NCBI GenBank assembly: GCA_049942965.1
Contig: CP188088.1
Span: forward strand, 360,001 to 392,000
Direction: 5' to 3'
DNA length: 32,000 nt
Origin: Candidatus Saccharimonadota bacterium
GTDB lineage: Bacteria; Pseudomonadota; Gammaproteobacteria; Enterobacterales; Enterobacteriaceae
Within the stretch, counting starts at the first letter, position 1. Each line of letters starts with the position of its first letter. Of this stretch, positions 10,420 to 18,385 are shown piece by piece. The notes beneath the pieces were generated by a model, which worked only from the letters and a program-made list of their open reading frames with translations, had not been told where the DNA came from and did no database searches. The position numbers and the translations under genes are program-made.

Positions 10420-11232
10420 TTAGTGTAAAACTACTTTTTTTTGTTCAATTGAATGAATTTGAATTTTAATGATTTCACTAATTGGATCTTCTGGACAATG
10501 TTCAATAAAATAAATTAAATCAGCTAGTGCTATATGATCACAATCTAATTGAGAATATATTAATCCACGATCTCGAATTTCATAAGGATCATTCGGTGTA
10601 ATTTGCAACAAAATTTTATTTGCAATTAAAGCTAAATCCATTTTTTTTTCTTCCATTAAAGCAGTTTTAAATGTATTTAATACTTTTTTTATAATAGTTA
10701 AGAAATTATCTGCTTTTAAATCATTTTTATTCAATTTTGCAGTTGGACTAATGTTACCTTTCAACCACACTTCTAAGATATGATTATTTAAAAATTGTCC
10801 ATTAAACGGATCAACTAAATATTTATCTCCTTTTGACCAATCAACTCTTAAAATCAACTGAGTAGGAAAAAGTACAATAGATAAAGGAAAATTTAGTTCT
10901 TTAGAAATATGAAAAAAAATTATTCCTAAGGAAATTGCTGTTCCTTTTTTATTTTTTAAAACGTTATCAATCCATAAAGAATCTGATAATTTGTAAACTC
11001 CATTGGAAGAAGTAAAATTCCAACGAACATAAAATAAATATAATAATTTTTTAAATCTTTTTTTATCATCAGTTTCAGAATTGATATACAAATTAGCTTC
11101 TTCTACTTTTGATTTCAATTCTGAAATTACAAAATCAGAACAAAAATCTTTTCCACGTATAGTACTAGTTATTGAAATAATTAAATCAATTAACGAAAAT
11201 TTAGAAAAATCAATACAAGAAAAATCTATCAT
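10420..11232 (-). CDS. sirB1: SirB1/YchA family protein (transglutaminase-like plus TPR-like; function unknown)
   Basis: 270 aa vs 269 in E. coli YchA, colinear. Conserved blocks: FPTQLILR, VWLKGNISP, ALMEEKKMDLAL, PYEIRDRGLIYSQLDC, CPEDPISE, and C-terminal VVLH vs IVLH. ATG at 11232. Confidence 0.9.
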   Translation of the reverse strand: MIDFSCIDFSKFSLIDLIISITSTIRGKDFCSDFVISELKSKVEEANLYINSETDDKKRFKKLLYLFYVRWNFTSSNGVYKLSDSLWIDNVLKNKKGTAISLGIIFFHISKELNFPLSIVLFPTQLILRVDWSKGDKYLVDPFNGQFLNNHILEVWLKGNISPTAKLNKNDLKADNFLTIIKKVLNTFKTALMEEKKMDLALIANKILLQITPNDPYEIRDRGLIYSQLDCDHIALADLIYFIEHCPEDPISEIIKIQIHSIEQKKVVLH

Positions 11233-11292
11233 AAAATTCCTTTTTATGTTTTTTAATTAAAAAAAACTAATTTTAAAAAATTTTTTAATACC

Positions 11293-11324
11293 AAATAATA
11301 ATTTGATTAATCAAATTATTATTT
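11293..11324. repeat. Perfect 32-bp palindrome AAATAATAATTTGATTAATCAAATTATTATTT (16+16, no spacer)
   Basis: Read directly: the reverse complement of 11293-11324 is identical to itself. Flanks c(11292)/a(11325) end the symmetry. It lies in the prfA-sirB1 spacer, 78 nt after the prfA stop and 61 nt before the sirB1 start. The confidence refers to the repeat existing, not to any function. Confidence 0.95.
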
Positions 11325-11401
11325 AAATAATAACAAATTTACTAAAATTAAACAAAATAAAAAAATTAATATAAAAATGTTAAATATATTGCAAAAAAAA
11401 A

Positions 11402-12487
11402 TTAAGAGTCAGATTCAGAAAAAAAAGATAATTGATCAGCTCTATTTTCTTTAATCAAATTTTCAATTAAAATATCTAAATTACCTTCCATTATTCTATC
11501 TAATTTATGCAAAGTTAAATTAATTCTATGATCCGTAATTCTATTTTGTGGAAAATTATAAGTTCTAATACGATCAGATCTGTCACCGCTACCTAACAAA
11601 TTCTTTCTAACAGAAGATTCTTTTTTATGAGAATCTAATAATTCAGCAGAATAAATTCTGTCAGATAAAACAGATAAAGCTTTGGATTTATTTTTATGTT
11701 GAGATCTTTCATCTTGACATTCTACAACATATCCAGTAGGAATATGCGTAATTCTAATTGCTGAATCTGTAGTATTTACATGTTGACCTCCAGCTCCGGA
11801 AGAACGAAAAGTATCAATTTTTAAATCATTAATATTAATTTTATTTTTCTTTACAACCGGAATTTCAGGCATAACCGCTACTGTACAAGTAGAAGTATGT
11901 ATTCTTCCCTGAGATTCTGTTTTAGGAACTCTTTGAACTCGATGACCACCAGATTCAAATTTTAGTCTGCCACAGACATTTTTACCTCTAATTTTTGCTA
12001 CTATTTCCTTATAACCACCACTTTCACTTTGGTGAAAATTAATTATCTTAAATTTCCACTTTTTGTGTTCAGAATAACGAACATACATTCTAAATAATTC
12101 TCTTGCAAAAATAGATGCTTCTTCTCCACCAGTAGCTGCTCTAATTTCAATGAAACAACTTAATTTATCATTTGGATCTTTAGGTAAAAGTAACGAATGT
12201 ATTTTTTTTTCTAGATCTATTAATTTTTTTTTAGAAAAAATAATTTCTTCTTTAGCTAATTCATGCATTTCACTATCTGATAATAATAGATTAGCTTCTT
12301 TAATATTTTCTTTTTCTTTTGTCCAAGACATGAAATAATTTGTTATATCTAATAACGATAAATGTTCTTTAGATAAAGTTAGATACTTTACTTGATCAGA
12401 TATAATATTTTTATCAGAAAGTAAAAGTTCTAATTTTAAACGCCTCTGATACAGAGATTGTAATTTTAAAAATATAGAATCTTTCAT
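11402..12487 (-). CDS. prfA: Peptide chain release factor 1
   Basis: The track ORF has a 25-aa upstream extension (start 12562). Alignment to E. coli RF1 begins at ATG 12487 ([12 protein letters not shown] vs MKPSIVAKLEAL), giving 361 aa vs 360. Conserved: the RF1 tripeptide-anticodon motif PxT as PKT ([13 protein letters not shown]; E. coli has PAT), the GGQ motif in [21 protein letters not shown], and [12 protein letters not shown]. Confidence 0.96.
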   Translation of the reverse strand: MKDSIFLKLQSLYQRRLKLELLLSDKNIISDQVKYLTLSKEHLSLLDITNYFMSWTKEKENIKEANLLLSDSEMHELAKEEIIFSKKKLIDLEKKIHSLLLPKDPNDKLSCFIEIRAATGGEEASIFARELFRMYVRYSEHKKWKFKIINFHQSESGGYKEIVAKIRGKNVCGRLKFESGGHRVQRVPKTESQGRIHTSTCTVAVMPEIPVVKKNKININDLKIDTFRSSGAGGQHVNTTDSAIRITHIPTGYVVECQDERSQHKNKSKALSVLSDRIYSAELLDSHKKESSVRKNLLGSGDRSDRIRTYNFPQNRITDHRINLTLHKLDRIMEGNLDILIENLIKENRADQLSFFSESDS

Positions 12488-12750
12488 TGATTTTTCATAA
12501 AAAATTATTTTTTTACGATAAAAATAGTAAATATAGAATATTAATTCTATCATAACTTCCATAGGTTTAAAATTTTAAAATAAAAAACAATTCTTTATAA
12601 TTAGTAAAAAATAATTAATAAACATTAATATGTATTAATAATTTGCAAAGTATATAACACAAATAAGTTATATAACAAATAAAATAATTTAAAAAAATAC
12701 TTTGTATTGCTAAAATATAAAAAATAAATTAAAAAAAATAAGGAACAAAA

Positions 12751-13698
12751 ATGCTAAATATGAAATTGTTTTCAGGAAACGCAACTCCTAATTTAGCCAA
12801 AAAAATAGCAAAACAATTAAATACTTCTCTAGGGAATGCTGAAGTCGGAAGATTTAGTGATGGAGAAATAAATGTACAAATTAATGAAAATGTTCGAGGA
12901 GGAGACGTTTTTATTATTCAATCCACATGTGCTCCTACAAACGATAATTTAATGGAATTAATAGTAATAATAGACGCTTTAAGAAGAGCTTCCGCTGGAA
13001 GAATTACTGCAGTAATTCCTTATTTTGGATATTCTAGACAAGATAGAAGAGTTCGTTCAGCAAGAGTTCCAATAACTGCAAAAGTAGTAGCGGATTTTAT
13101 TTCTAGTATTGGAGTTGATAGAATTTTAACTGTAGATTTACATGCAGAACAAATTCAAGGTTTTTTTGACGTACCTGTTGATAATGTTTTTGGAAGCTTA
13201 ATATTATTAGAAGATATGCTAAAAATTAAATTAAAACAACCAATCATAGTTTCTCCTGATATTGGAGGGGTAATACGAGCAAGAGCTATAGCTAAATTGT
13301 TGAATGATACTGATATGGCAATAATAGACAAAAGAAGACCACAATCAAATGTTTCACAAGTAATGAACATAATTGGAGACGTGGAAAAACGAGATTGTAT
13401 TTTAATCGATGATATGATTGATACTGGAGAAACAATATTTAAAGCTGCAAACGCTTTAAAAAAGCGAGGAGCTAATAGAGTTTTAGCTTACGCAACACAT
13501 CCTATTTTTTCCGGAAATGCCGTAAAAAATTTAAAACAATCAATGATTGATGAAGTAATAGTATGTGATACAATTCCACTCCCAAACGAAATCAAAAAAT
13601 TACCAAACGTACGTACACTAACTTTGTCATCAATGTTAGCCGAAGCTATAAGAAGAATTAATAATGAAGAATCAATTTCTGCTATGTTTGAACATTAA
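12751..13698 (+). CDS. prs: Ribose-phosphate pyrophosphokinase (PRPP synthetase)
   Basis: 315 aa, the same length as E. coli Prs ([13 protein letters not shown] vs MPDMKLFAGNATP). Long identical runs include [38 protein letters not shown] and [25 protein letters not shown]-like AAGGA at 12740-12744. Confidence 0.97.
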   Translation: MLNMKLFSGNATPNLAKKIAKQLNTSLGNAEVGRFSDGEINVQINENVRGGDVFIIQSTCAPTNDNLMELIVIIDALRRASAGRITAVIPYFGYSRQDRRVRSARVPITAKVVADFISSIGVDRILTVDLHAEQIQGFFDVPVDNVFGSLILLEDMLKIKLKQPIIVSPDIGGVIRARAIAKLLNDTDMAIIDKRRPQSNVSQVMNIIGDVEKRDCILIDDMIDTGETIFKAANALKKRGANRVLAYATHPIFSGNAVKNLKQSMIDEVIVCDTIPLPNEIKKLPNVRTLTLSSMLAEAIRRINNEESISAMFEH

Positions 13699-13708
13699 AT
13701 AATAACTC

Positions 13709-13741
13709 AGTCTCGAGAAAAAATATTCTTGAGACTTTTTT
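13709..13741 (+). terminator. Rho-independent terminator candidate downstream of prs
   Basis: Stem AGTCTCGAG (13709-13717) pairs with CTTGAGACT (13728-13736): 9 bp including one G-U. The loop is 10 nt and the stem is followed by TTTTTT (13737-13742). It starts 11 nt after the prs stop, in the convergent gap with folC, and is the only GC-containing hairpin plus T-tract I found in the window. Confidence 0.6.
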
Positions 13742-13764
13742 GTAAAGATCTATTTAATAAATGT

Positions 13765-15030
13765 TTATTTATAGTTTATTAAAAACAAAATTTCCGAAAC
13801 TAAAAAAAAAGAACCATATATTAACACAATATCATTTCTTTTAGAATTATTTAAAATATGAAAAAAAGCATCATGACTTTTTTCAAAAAAAGAAAATAAA
13901 TCTAAATAATTCTTCCAATCTTTTAAATTAATACTTCTATCTGTATTCAATTTAGAACAAGTCCACGAATCAACTAAATTTATAAATGGTAAAATAGTTT
14001 TTTTTACATCTTTATCTTTTAACATTCCTATTAATACATGTATTTTTTTATTTTTTTTAATTAAAGAAAGTCTTTTTGACAGATAAATAGCTGCATGAGA
14101 ATTATGACAAACATCTAAAATAACCCATGGAGATAAAGATATAGTTTGAAAACGACCAGGTATAAAAATTGAATTAATTGTTTTTTTTACTAAAGATTTT
14201 ATGATCTTAAAACCAGAAAAATGCAAACTAATTAATGCCAAAGCAACATTTTCAATTGGAAAAGAAACATATTTCAATTTATTTAAATTAACTTTATTAC
14301 TAATAAAATTCCAATATCTTTTTTTTTTTTCTACTTTCCAATCTTTTCCAAATCGTTTTAAATGAACATTTTTTCTAACAGATTCTTTGTAAACACTAAT
14401 AGGAACATCTAAATCTCCAAATATTGCAATTTTATTTTTTCTAAATATTCCAGATTTTTCAAATCCTATACTATCTCTATTGGAACCTAAACGATCCTTA
14501 TGATCTAATCCAATATTAGTAATAATTGATATATCTGAATTAATTACATTAGTTGCGTCTAATCTACCTCCTATTCCCACTTCTAAAATTATTACATCCA
14601 ATGTTTTTTGTTTAAACAACAAAAGAGAAGATAAAGTAATAATTTCAAAATAAGTTAATGCAATTTCCCCTTTTGCCAATAAAACATTCGATAAAGAAAG
14701 AAAATGTTTATTTTCAGTTAAATATTCTCCATTAATTCTAACTCTTTCTTTATATTCAATTAAATGTGGAGAAATATATAAACCAACTCTCAAACCTAAC
14801 ATAAGTAAATATTTTTCTAATATAAAACAAGTAGAACCTTTTCCATTAGTTCCAGTAACAGTAAAAATAAAAGAAGACATATTTAATAAATCTAATTTAT
14901 GAGCTACTTTTGTTATATTTGATAAATCATTAACTATTACGTATTTGGAAAATAATTCTATCTCAGATAATAATTTAGATAATCTATATTTATCCGAACT
15001 AAACGTTTTGTTAAAAAAAAAATTATTCAT
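13765..15030 (-). CDS. folC: Bifunctional folylpolyglutamate synthase / dihydrofolate synthase
   Basis: 421 aa vs 422 in E. coli. P-loop TGTNGKGST, then SPHLIEYKERVRING, LEVGIGGRLDATNV, PGRFQ, DVCHNSHAA. ATG at 15030. Confidence 0.93.
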   Translation of the reverse strand: MNNFFFNKTFSSDKYRLSKLLSEIELFSKYVIVNDLSNITKVAHKLDLLNMSSFIFTVTGTNGKGSTCFILEKYLLMLGLRVGLYISPHLIEYKERVRINGEYLTENKHFLSLSNVLLAKGEIALTYFEIITLSSLLLFKQKTLDVIILEVGIGGRLDATNVINSDISIITNIGLDHKDRLGSNRDSIGFEKSGIFRKNKIAIFGDLDVPISVYKESVRKNVHLKRFGKDWKVEKKKRYWNFISNKVNLNKLKYVSFPIENVALALISLHFSGFKIIKSLVKKTINSIFIPGRFQTISLSPWVILDVCHNSHAAIYLSKRLSLIKKNKKIHVLIGMLKDKDVKKTILPFINLVDSWTCSKLNTDRSINLKDWKNYLDLFSFFEKSHDAFFHILNNSKRNDIVLIYGSFFLVSEILFLINYK

Positions 15031-15250
15031 ATGTTTTATGTAAAAATGATATTTTAAAGATAAAAAATAATATAAGTATTCTACTTATAGCTAGCATTTT
15101 AAAAAAATTTTAAAACTTATTTTTTAAAAAAATAATTTATAAAACTAAAACTATAGATTTCAATTTTTAATTTATTAAAATTATTTAATTTATTAAATTT
15201 TTTAATACTTTAAAAAAAATATTTTTTATTACATTAAAAAATTTAAAATA

Positions 15251-16714
15251 TTACAAAAAAACTATTACATCATTTAACCAAACAATCAAATTAGAGGGGA
15301 AAAACCCAAAAAAAACTAAAAATAAATCTAGTAAGAAAATAATAAATCCTGGAACAGTTTTTATATGAGTAAAAAAACTAATTTTTTTAAATTCTGAAGA
15401 AAAAGAATATAAATTAATAATAATTCTAAAATAATAATAAAAAGACAACAATGTCCCTAAAAACGAAACTATACCTAAAAAAATTAAATGGGAATTAAAA
15501 ATACTACAAAATAACAAAAATTTACTAATAAAACCTAAGTTTATAGGAATTCCGGACAAAGAAAACAACATAATTGTTAATGAAATTGCAAGGAACGGAT
15601 CACTCCAAAATAAACCTTTATAACTAGAGATTATGTTTTCTTTAAATTTATTTTTATTATTAATATTAATTAAATTCATTATAAAAAAAATTCCAACATT
15701 ACTGGCTAGATAACTACATATATATATAGCAATAACATCTAAAAAAAATGGAAAACTATTAAAAGATAACAATGCAGCTAACAAATATCCAAAACTAGAC
15801 ATAGAAGAATATCCCATCAATTTCTTCAAGTTCGGTTCAAATAATGCCATTATATTTCCAAATAATATAGAAAAAACAGCCATTATTTCTAATAAATAAT
15901 ATAAAATTTTTCCTTTTATATAAGGAACATACAAAAAAAATCGAACTAAAGAAATAAAAAGAGATAATTTAGACAATGTAGAAAAATAACTTAGTACAAT
16001 TGAGTGCATACCATTATAAATGTCAGAAATCCATAATCCGAACGGAAAAATTGATAATTTAAATGCAAAAGAAACAATAATAAAACTAATACCAAATAAT
16101 AATACATATATGCTATCATTTATAGCAAGATTTAATGATCTTTGTAATTCAAAAAAAGACAAACCACCTTCTGAACCAATATATACACAAGCAACTCCAA
16201 ATAATAAAAAAGAAAAAGATATACTAGATAAAACCATATATTTGATCACTGATGATAACGATTGTTTATAATTTCCTAAACAACACATTAAACCTAACAA
16301 CGGTATATTTACTAATTCAATTCCAATACATAAACTAATTAAATTATTAACTGAAGTTAAAACAATACAACCAAGTGTAGATAATAATATTAGTAAATAA
16401 AATTGAGAATTGTTGTTTTTCTTATTTTTTAGAGATTCATACGACATGATACATATCATACAACTAAAAATTAAAAAAACTTTAGAATAGAAAATTGAAT
16501 ATTTATCAATTCTTAACAAATAATTAATATCAATAGGATCTATTTTAATTACAAAAAACAAAGATAAAAAACTAACAAAAAAAGCTAAAATAGTAAAAGT
16601 TAAATTTTTAAAATTTTTAATTGAATAAGAAATTAGTAAAGTCAATATAATTATATTAAAAAAAAACAAAAAAAATGGAATTAAAGCAGTTAATTCTTTA
16701 TTGATAATAATCAT
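15251..16714 (-). CDS. nuoN: NADH-quinone oxidoreductase subunit N
   Basis: 487 aa vs 485 in E. coli. Polytopic membrane protein with conserved FKLS.FPF..W..D.Y.G, NIKKLMGYSS.S..GYLL and LS.SGIP...GF..KF. Last gene of the nuo order. Confidence 0.9.
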   Translation of the reverse strand: MIIINKELTALIPFFLFFFNIIILTLLISYSIKNFKNLTFTILAFFVSFLSLFFVIKIDPIDINYLLRIDKYSIFYSKVFLIFSCMICIMSYESLKNKKNNNSQFYLLILLSTLGCIVLTSVNNLISLCIGIELVNIPLLGLMCCLGNYKQSLSSVIKYMVLSSISFSFLLFGVACVYIGSEGGLSFFELQRSLNLAINDSIYVLLFGISFIIVSFAFKLSIFPFGLWISDIYNGMHSIVLSYFSTLSKLSLFISLVRFFLYVPYIKGKILYYLLEIMAVFSILFGNIMALFEPNLKKLMGYSSMSSFGYLLAALLSFNSFPFFLDVIAIYICSYLASNVGIFFIMNLININNKNKFKENIISSYKGLFWSDPFLAISLTIMLFSLSGIPINLGFISKFLLFCSIFNSHLIFLGIVSFLGTLLSFYYYFRIIINLYSFSSEFKKISFFTHIKTVPGFIIFLLDLFLVFFGFFPSNLIVWLNDVIVFL

Positions 16715-16769
16715 TAGTTTCTACAACCTTAAATTAATCAAAATAACAAAAATTAAATTGTTTTTTTTA

Positions 16770-18272
16770 TTAAATCGTATTTATATACGAAATATCTAAA
16801 ATTAATTTTGGAAAAAATCCAATTGCTAAAATTAAAAAAACAAAAGACAAAAGGATAAACAACTCAGTTTTCGTAATACATTTATTTTCAATAAAATAAA
16901 CTTTTTTTTCTCTACCATAATAGATTTTATGCATTATATTAAAAGAATATAATGAAGAAAAAATAGATAAAAATAAAAACATGAATGATAAAATATTAGA
17001 ATGATTAAATATTCCTAATAAAGTTATAAATTCACCAACAAAATTTCCTGTTCCAGGAATAGAAAGATTAGAAACTAAAAAAAACAAAGATAAACCAGGT
17101 AACCAATTTAAATTAAACCACAAACCTCCCATTTTTTTTATATTCATAGAATTAATTTTTTTGTACAATTTTCCAAAAACTATTATTAAAGCAGCAGCAG
17201 TTAAACTTTGTACAATTGTTTGAATTACTATACCTTGATATATCAACAAACTTTTTCCACTATAAATAGCCGACAACATTACTCCCATATGAGAAATAGA
17301 CATATAAGCAACTATTTTTTTTATATTTTTTTGAGAATAAGCAATTAATGCTGAATAAAATGCAGAAATAATTCCCAAGACAATTGCAACTGGAACAATT
17401 TTAAAATAAGAATTAGGAAATAACGGGATGCAAAAGCGCAATAATCCATATATAGATGTTTTTACAATAATTCCAACTAAATCTATTGTTCCAGATTTTG
17501 GAGTATTTATTAACAAATTAGGAAACCAAGAATGAAAAGGAATAATTGGCATTTTTATTACAAAAGATAAAAACAAACAAATCATTAAAAATAATTCTAA
17601 ATGTGGATTTAAAGATACTTTTAACAAAGTATTATAGTCAAAAGACCAAATTGAACTACTATTATAATAATTTATTGCTAATCCAAAAATAGATAACAAC
17701 ATTAAAAATCCAGAAACTAAACCATATATAACAAATTTATTTGCAACTTTAATTAAATGTTTATTTTTATCTTTAATAGAACAATCTGGTTCTCCCCAAA
17801 AAATGACTAAAAAATAAACTGGAATTATTGCTAATTCCCAAAAACAAAAAAACAAAAACAAATCAATTGATAAAAATATTCCAATTACACTACCAATAAT
17901 AAAAAGAAGATGAAAATAAAAAACATGCATGGATTTATTTTCTTCCTCCCATGAACATAAAACTGAAATTACCCCTAAAAAAGAAACTAACATAACCATC
18001 AATAACGATAACCCGTCCATTGCCAAATGAAAATTAATTCCTAATTGAGGTATCCAAGGAAAAACAAATTCAGTTATCCATTCATTAGAATTATTTTCTA
18101 TATATTTTATATAAAAATAATTTTTATATAAAATAAAAACAACAAGAAAAAATGTACTAAATGTAAAAAGCAAAGCGTTCCAACGAGGTGAAAAACGATT
18201 GCAAAATCTATTTGCAAAAACAGAAAAACAACCTCCGATATACGGAATAATAACTAACAAAAAAAGTAACAT
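16770..18272 (-). CDS. nuoM: NADH-quinone oxidoreductase subunit M
   Basis: 500 aa. N-terminus MLLFLLVIIPYIGG aligns with E. coli MLLPWLILIPFIGG. Antiporter-like membrane subunit located between nuoL and nuoN. Confidence 0.92.
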   Translation of the reverse strand: MLLFLLVIIPYIGGCFSVFANRFCNRFSPRWNALLFTFSTFFLVVFILYKNYFYIKYIENNSNEWITEFVFPWIPQLGINFHLAMDGLSLLMVMLVSFLGVISVLCSWEEENKSMHVFYFHLLFIIGSVIGIFLSIDLFLFFCFWELAIIPVYFLVIFWGEPDCSIKDKNKHLIKVANKFVIYGLVSGFLMLLSIFGLAINYYNSSSIWSFDYNTLLKVSLNPHLELFLMICLFLSFVIKMPIIPFHSWFPNLLINTPKSGTIDLVGIIVKTSIYGLLRFCIPLFPNSYFKIVPVAIVLGIISAFYSALIAYSQKNIKKIVAYMSISHMGVMLSAIYSGKSLLIYQGIVIQTIVQSLTAAALIIVFGKLYKKINSMNIKKMGGLWFNLNWLPGLSLFFLVSNLSIPGTGNFVGEFITLLGIFNHSNILSFMFLFLSIFSSLYSFNIMHKIYYGREKKVYFIENKCITKTELFILLSFVFLILAIGFFPKLILDISYINTI

Positions 18273-18385
18273 TGAAATTATAATCCTGTTATTAAGAATA
18301 ATTCTCAGAAATTTTAATTATTTAAATTAAATAATTTAAATCATCATTTAAAAAAATAATAATTATTAAATCAATTTAAATAAAT

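Noticed and set aside
11303-11314. Core of the 32-bp palindrome, TTGATTAATCAA, resembles FNR/CRP-type half-sites (TTGAT....ATCAA).
   Set aside because: The half-sites are separated by 2 nt instead of the 4 nt required for FNR (TTGAT-N4-ATCAA). Reduced endosymbionts of this type generally lack fnr and crp. No functional assignment is made.
12488-12562. Upstream extensions of track ORFs: prfA (to 12562), nrdA (TTG 2826), yfaE (TTG 6353), nuoG (TTG 25409), nuoB (TTG 29878), nuoI (GTG 21655).
   Set aside because: Alignment with the E. coli orthologue N-termini places each start at the downstream ATG. The extensions encode hydrophobic or low-complexity junk with no counterpart in the orthologues.
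12645-12706. In the prfA/prs divergent spacer: direct repeat TATATAACA (12651-12659 and 12669-12677) and an ~8-10 bp inverted repeat CAAAGTAT/ATACTTTG (12646-12653 / 12697-12704). Also a 13-bp direct repeat TTAATTTATTAAA at 15167-15179 and 15185-15197.
   Set aside because: These are short repeats built from low-complexity AT words and are expected in spacers that are ~90% A+T. There is no recognisable promoter, riboswitch or leader architecture I can support.
15061-15089. Hairpin TATAAGTA-ttc-TACTTATA (15071-15089) followed on the minus strand by TTATTTTTTA; possible nuo operon terminator.
   Set aside because: The stem has only one G-C pair and a 3-nt loop, so it is very weak. It lies 162 nt past the nuoN stop and only 41 nt before the folC ATG, leaving no room for a separate folC promoter. 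That is not enough to call a terminator.
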